This document shows, piece by piece, positions 51,201 through 59,810 of a stretch of DNA of 62,961 nucleotides. Positions within the stretch are counted from its first letter, which is position 1. Every line of letters begins with the position of its first letter. The translations under genes were made by a program, and so were the position numbers. Origin of the DNA: Thermotogota bacterium (GTDB taxonomy: Bacteria; Thermotogota; Thermotogae; Petrotogales; Kosmotogaceae); NCBI GenBank assembly GCA_034660555.1, contig JAYEJL010000044.1:1-62961 (forward strand), given 5' to 3'. The notes beneath the pieces were generated by a model. That model saw only the letters and a program-made list of their open reading frames with translations. It made no database searches and was not told where the DNA came from.

Positions 51201-52575
51201 AGCCTCTAAAACAATTGATGAAAGTGCAAATTACAGTTTTTTTGATAGCAAACCAGCTTTGAAGATGAATAATATTCTTGGATATTCGCCTGGTGAGAAT
51301 TTTGATACACATATCAGTTATTCTCCCGAAGTTGCATATTATAAGTCTGAGTTTGAGTTTAAACACCCAGGAGAATACTTCATTTTTAACTCCGGGTGGC
51401 TGGGAGATCTTGAATTTGTAACTGAGCTTGACTATGAAAGGTTGTTCACTCCTGATGCTACATTTTTATCCTTTTTTGGTAAAGGAGAACTCTCCACCTC
51501 TGGAGACTATGAGTTTGGAGATTTTGGTTTTAAACATGTGCAAACCTCACAACTTGAATCACTTAACCCGACTTCAACAGAATTTTCAGTAGAAGTTGAA
51601 TTTGGACCCTTTTATCATAAGACTGCTTCATCTCGTAATTGGACTAAAAAAACTTTTGGTAGCTGGAGCAACACTGAAAAATTAAGTGTGGGAAACTCTG
51701 AACTGGGTTTGAATTTTGAAACAAAATGGAAACTGGATTATTCGAAGGAAGAAATTTATGAACGGTTTAACTTTGAACTCTCAATTGATATAACGATAGG
51801 TGATAATGGATTTGGATTCAGTACCTATTATCCGTACATTCTAAAAAAGAAAAAATGGCCCGAACGCTTTGAGTTTAAGCTTACGAATCTAACTATACGT
51901 AATTTAAGTATAGAAAATGCCATTTTTGATACTCAGACTGCTTTTAGAAGCTATGATAAGAATTATCCTTTTCCAAAGGCTTATTTTAGTAGTGAACTTT
52001 CAAAGGACGTCAAAAGAACATTCGCGATTCTTTCGTTAGAAAATCTTGAATATAAAGGTTTTTCTATGTCAGAAGCTTTTTTTGCAACAACTGCTGCTAC
52101 TGAAGCAGGTGAAGAAAAGTCTCGAAAATTCTCCATAGGTATAAATACATTATCATTTAACGAGCTAACACTTTTCAAGGGAAATACAAACGTATTTGGT
52201 AATTATGGTTTTTCAGCAGAACTACATATTGATGAACCTGGAATTATAATAAATCTTAATTCTGTGAATATTAACAAATCTATTCTGTTGAAGCACCTTA
52301 CCTTTAGCTATACAGAACAAAATAAGTATCTTGAAATTGGGTCTTCTCTTTCGGATTTAAAATGGGAGGAATTAAATAGTAATAATCTTCCTTTATACTT
52401 TGATCTTCACTGCATGGCTCTTGAAGGAATTTTGAGGTTGAACTTGAAACCAGAAGGATTTTCAGATCTTATTCAGAGTGTCGGTATAAAATATTACATA
52501 AAGGCATTGGAAGACAGATACCTTGTGATAGGATACGATATAGATGACAAGTTTTTCTTCGAATTCAAATTTTAG
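48208..52575 (+). CDS. LptF/LptG (YjgP/YjgQ) permease fused to an LptD-like beta-jellyroll and beta-barrel
   Basis: aa 1-360: LptF/G pattern (3 TM, NELIAL...G, P, jellyroll, 3 TM, P.LA.WLPN). aa about 520-570: LptD-like ITTC...PHY.......A.N.......VPVFYLPW. Long beta-rich region ending in ...FFFEFKF. Confidence 0.75.
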   Translation: MKKLIEYIIKQTISPFLIGLGGFLIFVSIELLYQLSDIIVRYKVGIDKLFLLIYYNLPYFIVLGIPVGVLLGIFWVLSRMRADNELIALQTHGITLRKLVIPFVIFALAMSFVSYLFNDYLVPAGNRKASEALAKYVYKRPEMTFKENAFMEDGEGRYLYIKRIDPETGTLEEILLYDMSERGKTRVISADNATFDKNRWVMHTGRIYEMDSKGFLTLDMTFESFDLQFEQDIEEYIRTSKSPREMSSEELRDKIKSYDKIGVETASLKVALQEKLSTALGPLVIVLMGVPLSLMLNLRTKAWSVILTFVLVVVYQGSGAWLSAMGKERLINPVLAPWLPNIFFTAIGVGIYFLIDTKISYKFSELLNSIFKIGVVLLIIFVGSQAFAYDINISAESFQGRGNEIRLYGPVILKYSEGEYDVTIQASNASVLIEGDKPISATFWGNVVLTTKESVINAERIVFEFDRECIQSFNVNTKQALPIPKVDEADEKQEIDFFVYTDYSESTMNASPLLSTGSGYITTCDYDEPHYRFNVTEATVKQGKYIIAENLVMTIGKVPVFYLPWYYFSLEDPERRPFSFEITSFEDWKSKLTLRYLNVEWLNLAFIWERYWKSGEDSLSIKTFFETPLGDIDLFAEYIEIENAFFPGEFGGYIRLLPEIKGQLEIAALASTGDKVSDSMKQPFSGYELGYEIVKDKRKTKNVFDIAGALENVESFDYFTFKYNTSENSKIDLSLSGGIATYFEDTFSETPTSPWFFGPVSLQVPTNFKYESPNATFSSDTFRLSFFTGKLFEIKNESFQKSNLTFRTNAKINKTKASFFNTSLSINELSMNIESNATNTFENLLKAENMEEFVFDLNDYELTSGNFVTSGDITSSFDAEENILSLTMPVDKKGNALNNFNWEAFQSKLKLNGRYGLDYSTDIPATSTECYIWIEPFSLSYKSFVEVSSKMRFFAGYARNWLFSSVNTVSKTFDILSWQRRSFSFDSSLIPEYSITFEASKTIDESANYSFFDSKPALKMNNILGYSPGENFDTHISYSPEVAYYKSEFEFKHPGEYFIFNSGWLGDLEFVTELDYERLFTPDATFLSFFGKGELSTSGDYEFGDFGFKHVQTSQLESLNPTSTEFSVEVEFGPFYHKTASSRNWTKKTFGSWSNTEKLSVGNSELGLNFETKWKLDYSKEEIYERFNFELSIDITIGDNGFGFSTYYPYILKKKKWPERFEFKLTNLTIRNLSIENAIFDTQTAFRSYDKNYPFPKAYFSSELSKDVKRTFAILSLENLEYKGFSMSEAFFATTAATEAGEEKSRKFSIGINTLSFNELTLFKGNTNVFGNYGFSAELHIDEPGIIINLNSVNINKSILLKHLTFSYTEQNKYLEIGSSLSDLKWEELNSNNLPLYFDLHCMALEGILRLNLKPEGFSDLIQSVGIKYYIKALEDRYLVIGYDIDDKFFFEFKF

Positions 52576-52592
52576 TATTTTGAGGTGATCAA

Positions 52593-53216
52593 GTGGAAGA
52601 ATATTCAAAAAAGAAACAATTAATGATGGCAATTGAGCGGAAAATTAGAGAATGTAAGAAATGCGAACTTTATAAAGAAAGAAATATGGTTGTTTCTGGA
52701 GAAGGTTCCCTTGAATCCCCTGTTGTTTTTGTTGGTGAGGGACCAGGGGCAGACGAGGACGCTTCAGGTAAACCTTTTGTTGGAAGAGCGGGAAAACTTC
52801 TTACCAAGATACTGGAGTCTGTAAATCTACAAAGGGAAGATGTTTATATAACTAATGTTGTAAAATGTAGACCACCAAACAACCGGACCCCAACGCAGGA
52901 AGAAATGGAAACCTGTTCATCATACTTGCTGGCTCAGCTGGCAGTTATTAAACCGAAAATAATAATTCCACTGGGATCTACCGCGTTAACCTTCTTTTCA
53001 GATAAAAAGAAAATTACCATTACAAAGGAAAGAGGAAAACTGAGCAACTGGGTGGATGATGTTAAACTTTTTCCAATGTTTCATCCCAGTTATTTGTTGA
53101 GAAATCCGAAAAAAGACCCTGGCTCTCCCAAATATCTTACATGGGAAGATATTAAAATGGTTAGAAAGATGTATGATGAAATATTAAATAATGGAAAATT
53201 ATCACAGTTAAAGTGA
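52593..53216 (+). CDS. Uracil-DNA glycosylase, family 4 (Fe-S)
   Basis: CxxC.L, GEGPG..ED..G.PFVG.AG, TNVVKCRPP.NR.P, HPSYLLR. Confidence 0.93.
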   Translation: MEEYSKKKQLMMAIERKIRECKKCELYKERNMVVSGEGSLESPVVFVGEGPGADEDASGKPFVGRAGKLLTKILESVNLQREDVYITNVVKCRPPNNRTPTQEEMETCSSYLLAQLAVIKPKIIIPLGSTALTFFSDKKKITITKERGKLSNWVDDVKLFPMFHPSYLLRNPKKDPGSPKYLTWEDIKMVRKMYDEILNNGKLSQLK

Positions 53217-53230
53217 AATGAGGTGTGCAG

Positions 53231-54172
53231 ATGGCAGAAAATATTTTAATTACAGGTGGGGCAGGTTTTATAGGCTCTCATGTAGTGGAAAAGCTTATTG
53301 AAGAAAAGAAAATACCAATTGTGGTAGATAATCTTTCAACAGGTTCGATAGAGAATCTTGACCCAAGAGCATTGTTTTATCAACAGGACATAACTGACAA
53401 TGAAATGATGGAGAAAGTATTCAGTCTGCATAAACCTAGATATGTTTTTCATCTTGCTGCTCAGATTAGCGTTTCGCAATCTATTAAAGATCCCATTGAA
53501 GACGCCAGAATTAATATCATGGGTTCATTAAATATTTTAGATTTATGTGTGAAATATGGTGTTGAAAAGATTATTTTTTCGTCCACGGGTGGAGCCATTT
53601 ATGGTGATGACGTGAATGAAGTTCCTACTTCCGAAAATGAACAACCCCATCCTTTTTCTCCCTATGGAATCGCCAAATTTTCAATAGAAAACTATCTTAA
53701 TTTTTATTTGAAAGAGCACAATCTAAAATATGTTGCGCTAAGATATGCCAATGTTTTTGGTCCACGACAGGATCCCTGTGGAGAAGCAGGCGTTGTTGCA
53801 ATATTTACAAACAGGATGCTGAAAAATGATGATACAACAATTTATGGAGATGGAGAAAATGTAAGGGATTACGTGTATGTTTCTGATGTAGCCAGAGCAA
53901 ACTATCTTGCAATGGAAAAATGGGAAAACGATCTTGTTAATATTGGAACCGGTCATGGTACATCGGTTAATGAGCTTTTTAGTAAACTTAAAGAAATCAC
54001 AGGTTATGGCAAGAAAGCTACATATTCTGATCCCAGACCGGGTGATTTACGACGGTCGATTCTAAAGTGTGATAAAGCCCGAAATCTAGGTTGGAACCCT
54101 GACGTTAAGCTTAATGACGGGTTGGTGAAAACAGTTGAGTACTTCAGAAACAAACTGGAAACCACTGAGTGA
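53231..54172 (+). CDS. NAD-dependent epimerase (UDP-glucose 4-epimerase-like)
   Basis: TGGAGFIGSH, HLAAQ, SSTGGAIYG, YxxxK (YGIAK), RYANVFGPRQ. Confidence 0.9.
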   Translation: MAENILITGGAGFIGSHVVEKLIEEKKIPIVVDNLSTGSIENLDPRALFYQQDITDNEMMEKVFSLHKPRYVFHLAAQISVSQSIKDPIEDARINIMGSLNILDLCVKYGVEKIIFSSTGGAIYGDDVNEVPTSENEQPHPFSPYGIAKFSIENYLNFYLKEHNLKYVALRYANVFGPRQDPCGEAGVVAIFTNRMLKNDDTTIYGDGENVRDYVYVSDVARANYLAMEKWENDLVNIGTGHGTSVNELFSKLKEITGYGKKATYSDPRPGDLRRSILKCDKARNLGWNPDVKLNDGLVKTVEYFRNKLETTE

Positions 54173-55451
54173 AAGGGTACGACCCAAAAGTCTGGACGAA
54201 ATCGTAGGGCAACAACATCTAACAAGCAGTAAAGGGATCATCAGGCAGTTTCTGGAAAAGGAGAAGCTTTTTTCAATGATCCTGTATGGACCACCTGGGT
54301 CAGGTAAAACAACAATTGGAGAAATAATTAGGAATAACCTGTCCATAGACTATGAATATATTTACTTCAGTGCAACTACCAGAAAAACGAGTGAATTCAA
54401 AAAAATTTTTGAACGTGCAAGAGCATTGAAAAAGCATGGTAAGCAGATGATACTGTTTGTCGATGAAATACATAAACTAAACAAGGCCCAGCAGGATATA
54501 TTTTTACCTGTTACTGAAAGGGGTACAGTTGTTTTGATAGGTGCAACTACAGAAAACCCAAGCTTCGAGATAAATTCGGCTCTACTTTCGCGCTGCAGGC
54601 TTGTTGTTCTGAAAAAACTCGATGAAAATAATATCGTGGAGCTCCTGGAAAAGGCCCTGGAAATGGATGAAGACCTAAAAAAGAAAAATCTCACCGTTCA
54701 TCGCGATGTTCTGGAGATAATATCTCAGAACTCAGGAGGTGATGCCAGGATTGCATTGAACATTCTGGATACACTATCTGAAAGTGCTGAAGGACTTGAA
54801 AAGAAGAGTGTGGACGTTGAATTAATGAAAGAACTTTCATTAATTCCAGGGGGTAGATACAGTAAAAAGGGTGAGGAACATTATGATCTTATATCTGCTT
54901 TTATAAAAAGCCTAAGAGGGAGCGATCCAGACGCTGCTCTTTATTATATGATGAGGATGATTGAGGGAGGCGAAGACCCAAAATTTATCGCGAGAAGGAT
55001 GATAATTTTCGCTTCTGAGGACATTGGACTGGCCGATCCGACAGCACTATTAATTGCTGTTGCATGTTTTGAGGCAGTAGAAAGAATAGGTCTTCCAGAA
55101 TGCACATTGAATCTTGCAGAAGGTGTTATATATTTGTCGGTGGCCATAAAGAGCGACTCTGTAATAGAGGCGAGAGATAAAGCTAAAAAGAAGGCCCAGG
55201 ATAAACCGAACGTGCCTGTACCGCTAAAATTAAGAAACCCCGTGACAAATATGATGAAAAAAATGGATTACGGAAAGAATTACACCTATCCCCACTCTGT
55301 CGGCGGATTTTCTCTTGAAAGATATCTTCCGGAAGAGCTAAAAAATGAAATTTTTTTCAACCCTGCAAATAAAGGAAAAGAGAAGTTTATAAGAGAGCGT
55401 TTATCAAAATTATGGGGTGATCTGAAGGATTATGGTGGTGAAAGCAAATGA
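54135..55451 (+). CDS. rarA: Replication-associated recombination protein A (MgsA)
   Basis: PL.ER.RP, GPPGSGKT, DEIH, GATTENP, HYD.ISA.IKS.RGSD, SEDIG.A. Confidence 0.93.
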   Translation: MSTSETNWKPLSERVRPKSLDEIVGQQHLTSSKGIIRQFLEKEKLFSMILYGPPGSGKTTIGEIIRNNLSIDYEYIYFSATTRKTSEFKKIFERARALKKHGKQMILFVDEIHKLNKAQQDIFLPVTERGTVVLIGATTENPSFEINSALLSRCRLVVLKKLDENNIVELLEKALEMDEDLKKKNLTVHRDVLEIISQNSGGDARIALNILDTLSESAEGLEKKSVDVELMKELSLIPGGRYSKKGEEHYDLISAFIKSLRGSDPDAALYYMMRMIEGGEDPKFIARRMIIFASEDIGLADPTALLIAVACFEAVERIGLPECTLNLAEGVIYLSVAIKSDSVIEARDKAKKKAQDKPNVPVPLKLRNPVTNMMKKMDYGKNYTYPHSVGGFSLERYLPEELKNEIFFNPANKGKEKFIRERLSKLWGDLKDYGGESK

Positions 55452-55996
55452 AGAAAATCCAATTGAATGATAACCGGTTACTTATGATAATTCAGGGAGA
55501 TATTACAGAAGAAGAAACAGAGGCAATTGTAAATGCCGCCAATGGATACTTAAAACATGGCGGAGGTGTTGCAGGAGCCATAGTACGGGCTGGTGGAGAG
55601 TCCATTCAGAAGCAGAGCGATGAATATATATCAGAAAATGGATCTCTAAACGTTTCTGAGGTAGCAGTAACTGGTGCTGGTAAAATGAAAGTCAGGTATG
55701 TGATACATGTCCACGGCCCTAAAAGAAGTACCGAAAATTACAGAGAACTACTGTACAAGAGTTTTTATAATATTCTAAGCAAAGGCGATGAGCTGGAACT
55801 CTCTTCTATTTCGATTCCTGCGGTATCTTCCGGGATATTCGGTGTGCCAAAAAAAGAGTGCGCAAGGGCATTTTTTAAAGCGTTGCTGGATTACTTTGAA
55901 AACAATCCAGCAAGCTCAATGAAAGTTATACGTGCATGTAACATTGATAATGAAACAAACAGAATCTTCGAAGAAATTTCACAAGAATATTTCTAG
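55448..55996 (+). CDS. Macro domain (ADP-ribose-binding/hydrolase) protein
   Basis: GDIT, IVNAAN..L.HGGGVAGAI, VIH..GP, PAVSSGIFG. Confidence 0.92.
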   Translation: MKKIQLNDNRLLMIIQGDITEEETEAIVNAANGYLKHGGGVAGAIVRAGGESIQKQSDEYISENGSLNVSEVAVTGAGKMKVRYVIHVHGPKRSTENYRELLYKSFYNILSKGDELELSSISIPAVSSGIFGVPKKECARAFFKALLDYFENNPASSMKVIRACNIDNETNRIFEEISQEYF

Positions 55997-55997
55997 T

Positions 55998-56675
55998 TTA
56001 TCCTTTTATTAGGATCACTCTAAAAGCACTTTTTTCAATTAGAGTATTGGCTGTATTTTCATCTTCAACAATCCATATTGTAAACCTATCAAAATCGCCT
56101 TTATATTTCTTCGCAAGGGGATCATTATCGAGTACGTAGTTTGCTTTTTCGCTGTTCAAGGTTATTATCTGACTATCACCGATATAATCGTGCTCTTGCT
56201 TTGAATAGCTTTCAAAGATAATTTCCTGTCTGTAAGCTTCTTCACCCAAATATTGAAGTACTTTAACAAACATGTCTGCGGGAACATATCCAGGCAAATT
56301 TGTTATAGGATTACCAGCTGAATTTAAGAACCATAATGTAGGTGTACCGCTTATTCCAAAAACACTGTACAGTTCTGAATATGTATAGGTTTTGGTTTCT
56401 CCATTTAATACAAGGTCAACGTTTTCCTTACCCTTATAGATTTCTATGAATGTGTATCCAGCCTTTAAAAGTTGTTGAACATTCTTGTCAGTAAGTGTTT
56501 TTTCATTAAAAACATTGCAGTAGTAACAGGATTTGTCTGAAAACATTATTATAGCTGTTTTCTTTTCTAGTGAAGCCAGTTTTAATGCTGTTTCAAGATT
56601 ATTAAGTTTTCCTTCGTAGGCGAATCCAATAAAGCTCATGGTAACAAGAAGTAATATTAATAAGAATTTTTTCAT
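55998..56675 (-). CDS. Exported thioredoxin-fold protein (SoxW/DsbD-partner-like)
   Basis: Signal peptide, CYYC active site, GTPT cis-Pro loop, PGY. Confidence 0.85.
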   Translation of the reverse strand: MKKFLLILLLVTMSFIGFAYEGKLNNLETALKLASLEKKTAIIMFSDKSCYYCNVFNEKTLTDKNVQQLLKAGYTFIEIYKGKENVDLVLNGETKTYTYSELYSVFGISGTPTLWFLNSAGNPITNLPGYVPADMFVKVLQYLGEEAYRQEIIFESYSKQEHDYIGDSQIITLNSEKANYVLDNDPLAKKYKGDFDRFTIWIVEDENTANTLIEKSAFRVILIKG

Positions 56676-56686
56676 AAATTAGCCTC

Positions 56687-57421
56687 CTATGCCAAAGATT
56701 GCAGTATGTTTAATTGACCAAAGAAGGTTAATATTCCAACAGTAAGAAGCACGATGAATACAAGCCACCTTGTTATTTTTCGGGCTTTGCTTTCTCCAGT
56801 AAGAGAAATACGAGAGGTAATTTTACTATCAAAACCACTTAACGTTAAAAAGGGTATGCTGAGACCGAGAGAATAGGACAAAAGTAATGTCCCTCCTCTA
56901 ACAACAGTATCCTGATTTGCAGCAAGAACCAATATAGAACCAAGCACGGGTCCAGCACAAGGTACCCAGATTAAACCAAGAGAAGCTCCCATTATAAAAC
57001 CACCAATAGGGCCACCACCAAATTTTGTTACATTTATCTTTACACCCTTTATTCCTTTCTCAAAAAAGAACATGAATGCAAAAATAATAAATAATGATCC
57101 GGAAATAGCGTTCATTATATAATCATATTTTCTTATAAATTGGCCAAGCCCACCAGCCCCTATACCGAGCATAAAAAAAGAATATGGACATTCCAAGCGT
57201 AAAGAAAACGCCTCTAAGAAAACGGGTTTTAGCATCGGTGGTCCCACCCATAAGCACACCAAAAAAACGGGAATTAGTGGCAGAACACAAGGCGAAAAAA
57301 ATGACAGTAAACCTCCAAGTAATGAACAACCATAACTCACACTCATGGTTATTAATGGGGGAAAACCACTTCCTCCTATGCTTCCCGTAGCCTGTAGTGT
57401 AGTGGTAGCTGAAGAGATCAT
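56687..57421 (-). CDS. ccdA: CcdA/DsbD-type thiol:disulfide membrane transporter with an internal frame-shifted segment
   Basis: SFFSPCVLPLIP and W.PC.GP.LG motifs, YSLGL.IPF. About 30 codons between two T7 tracts read properly only in another frame. Start uncertain. Confidence 0.8.
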   Translation of the reverse strand: MISSATTTLQATGSIGGSGFPPLITMSVSYGCSLLGGLLSFFSPCVLPLIPVFLVCLWVGPPMLKPVFLEAFSLRLECPYSFFMLGIGAGGLGQFIRKYDYIMNAISGSLFIIFAFMFFFEKGIKGVKINVTKFGGGPIGGFIMGASLGLIWVPCAGPVLGSILVLAANQDTVVRGGTLLLSYSLGLSIPFLTLSGFDSKITSRISLTGESKARKITRWLVFIVLLTVGILTFFGQLNILQSLA

Positions 57422-57432
57422 CTCGTTGATTC

Positions 57433-57455
57433 ATACCCCTACTGGGTATATTATA
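57433..57455 (-). promoter_or_regulatory. CsoR/RcnR-type operator next to a -10 box
   Basis: ATACCC-CTACT-GGGTAT (57433-57449) directly downstream of a minus-strand TATAAT (57450-57455). Confidence 0.6.
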
Positions 57456-57647
57456 CATTAATTCGCTCATTTTTGAATATTTATAAATGAATTAACTATG
57501 AGTAGAAAATGTTTTAGTTTTTTTTATAATAGAAAATTTCACGTTAAAACTTTAGTTAGATAAACGGTTTAAGAAAGTTCTTGAAATAATTAAAAAGTGG
57601 ATATAAATTCTGGTTTTCTAATTACAAAATTGAGTTTCTTAGAAAAC

Positions 57648-58325
57648 TTAACCAAAAAGCGTACCAATATACGTCAAGAAGGGTGATATTATGAGAGCAG
57701 GAAAGAAATTCCCAACCTTTATTTCTTTTATTTTTAGCAGCCTGATTCCAAGTGCTAAAAGAATCAAACCACCAACGCCAGAGAAATCGCCCAAATATAT
57801 TTCGTTTTGGAGAAATTGAAGAGAACAAGAAAAGCTAACAATAAATCCCTGAACTAAATATACAGAAACAGCTGACATCAATACCCCTGCTCCAAAACTC
57901 GCTGCCAGCATGATAGATGAAAGTCCGTCCATTAATGATTTCAAGAAAATTATTTCATTATTTCCCTGTACTCCAGCTTTTATTGAGCCAACTATGGTCA
58001 TTGGCCCAGCAATAAATAATACAGTTGCTGTCACAAAACCTCTTACAAAATTGGGGTCTTGTTTTTCCCCTCCGGTGAGTTTTCCAAGCTGCTTTTCAAT
58101 TTTGAAGTATTCGCCAATTAAACCTCCGATTGCGAGACTCCCAAGAACAACGAGCGCGTTATTGTATTCAAGAAACAACGAAATTCCCAGACCGATTGTT
58201 AATAAACCAATAGCCTTGAAAAGAATATCCTTGCTACTATCTGATAACTTTTTTCCACCAAGTAGACCAAAAAATGATCCGATTATTACTGCGATACTAT
58301 TTACTATGACAGAAATATTCAGCAT
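57648..58325 (-). CDS. DUF554 family membrane protein
   Basis: N...VI.GS..G, GFV.AT.LF..G.M.I.GS...G, KS.MD, +VGN..P. Confidence 0.85.
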   Translation of the reverse strand: MLNISVIVNSIAVIIGSFFGLLGGKKLSDSSKDILFKAIGLLTIGLGISLFLEYNNALVVLGSLAIGGLIGEYFKIEKQLGKLTGGEKQDPNFVRGFVTATVLFIAGPMTIVGSIKAGVQGNNEIIFLKSLMDGLSSIMLAASFGAGVLMSAVSVYLVQGFIVSFSCSLQFLQNEIYLGDFSGVGGLILLALGIRLLKIKEIKVGNFFPALIISPFLTYIGTLFG

Positions 58326-58345
58326 ATGTTTCCTACTTTCTCTGG

Positions 58346-59101
58346 TTATTTCTTTCTTTCAAATGATGAAACAAAGTGTTGAAGTTTCTTATCTAATACA
58401 AGCCCGAATTCTTTATGTTTAAATTTTACAACATCAATGAACTTTTTAATATTTCCCTCAAAAGCTTTTCTGCCTGAATTAAGAGCAATAATGTTATCTG
58501 TAATATCTAAAAAATCTTCTGGCCAGTGTGTTGAAATAATAACAGTTTTATCTGACTTTTTAAGATTGGTTATTAATGATTTTAATTTCATCAATCCATC
58601 ATCATCAAGCGAAGCAGTGGGCTCGTCAAAGAACAGATAATCTGGATCATGAACCAGAGAGCAGGCTATCGCCACTTTTCTTTTTTCTCCTCCTGAGAGT
58701 TCAAATGGAGAAATTCCTGCAAATTTTTCTGGATCAAGTCCTACACAGTTCATTGCATAAGAGTAACCTTTTTTTAGGTTATCCAGTTTGTAGTTTTTTG
58801 CAGCATAGGTGACTTCTTTAAACACGTTTTCTTCAAAAAAATAGTTTTCCGGGTACTGAAATACAAATCCAATATATCTTAAATTTGATTTCACGCTGTT
58901 TTCGGAATAGGAAACTGTTCCAAAGGTTGGTTTTAAAAGTCCGGAAGATATCAACAACAATGTAGATTTTCCTGAACCATTAGAACCAACGATAATGTTA
59001 ATACTTCCTAGTTCAAAGCTTGTATTTATTCCTAGAAGGGCTTTTACGCTTTCGTCATTGCTGTTTTGATAAACATGGGTTATGTTTGAAAGAGATAACA
59101 T
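58346..59101 (-). CDS. ECF-type ABC transporter ATPase (EcfA2-like)
   Basis: GSNGSGKS, FQYPE, SPFELSGGEKR, DEPT, H-loop. Confidence 0.85.
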   Translation of the reverse strand: MLSLSNITHVYQNSNDESVKALLGINTSFELGSINIIVGSNGSGKSTLLLISSGLLKPTFGTVSYSENSVKSNLRYIGFVFQYPENYFFEENVFKEVTYAAKNYKLDNLKKGYSYAMNCVGLDPEKFAGISPFELSGGEKRKVAIACSLVHDPDYLFFDEPTASLDDDGLMKLKSLITNLKKSDKTVIISTHWPEDFLDITDNIIALNSGRKAFEGNIKKFIDVVKFKHKEFGLVLDKKLQHFVSSFERKK

Positions 59102-59108
59102 AATGAAT

Positions 59109-59810
59109 TCACCCGATGTATTCAGGGACTAAGATCCCACTTTTATTAAGCAGGTCTGTATTTTTTGAGATATCTTCCATCGGTCCATCAAAGATTATTT
59201 TTCCTTCATCCAGCAAAATAATACGTTTACAATGAATCAGATCATAGAGTTTTATTCCAGCAACAACAAGAGTTATTCCCTTTGAGTTTAAGGAGTTTAT
59301 GAAATGCTGGATATCGTGGCGCTGAATTCTATCAAGCATACTGAAGGGTTCGTCCAGCAATAACAACTTTGGTTTCATTGCCAAAACAGAAACCAGTGAT
59401 AATTTTTGTTTTTGTCCTCCGGATAGTGTCAAAGTGTCACGGTCTTTGAACGAATAGAAAGAATGTTCTTTAAGAACGGTTTCAGCGTAGTTATCTTCTT
59501 CTTCAGGTATTATGCCTAGGTTCATGATACTGAACTTTATGTCTTCAAATACAGTACTACCAATTATCTGGTTATCTGGATTCTGGAAAACGTAACCACT
59601 TTCGCAGGTGCTTATATGTCCCTTATTTATTTTTGTAACTCCTGCCATGGACTGCAAAAGCGTTGTTTTTCCTGATCCATTTCTACCGATGATTCCAACA
59701 TATTCACCTTTGCTAATGTTCAAAGTTAATGGACCAAGTACGGTTCTATTATTTTTCCTAACTATGATCTCTTTCATTTCGGCAAGAGTTTCAGAGCTTG
59801 ACGGAAACAT
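59109..59810 (-). CDS. ECF-type ABC transporter ATPase (EcfA1-like)
   Basis: GRNGSGKT, FQNPDNQ, LSGGQKQ, LLDEP; start ATG 59810 or 59777. Confidence 0.85.
   Translation of the reverse strand: MFPSSSETLAEMKEIIVRKNNRTVLGPLTLNISKGEYVGIIGRNGSGKTTLLQSMAGVTKINKGHISTCESGYVFQNPDNQIIGSTVFEDIKFSIMNLGIIPEEEDNYAETVLKEHSFYSFKDRDTLTLSGGQKQKLSLVSVLAMKPKLLLLDEPFSMLDRIQRHDIQHFINSLNSKGITLVVAGIKLYDLIHCKRIILLDEGKIIFDGPMEDISKNTDLLNKSGILVPEYIG

Noticed and set aside
54135..55996. rarA + macrodomain as a toxin-antitoxin or defence module (DarTG-like)
   Set aside because: No ADP-ribosyltransferase gene is adjacent, and the macrodomain is a stand-alone housekeeping type.
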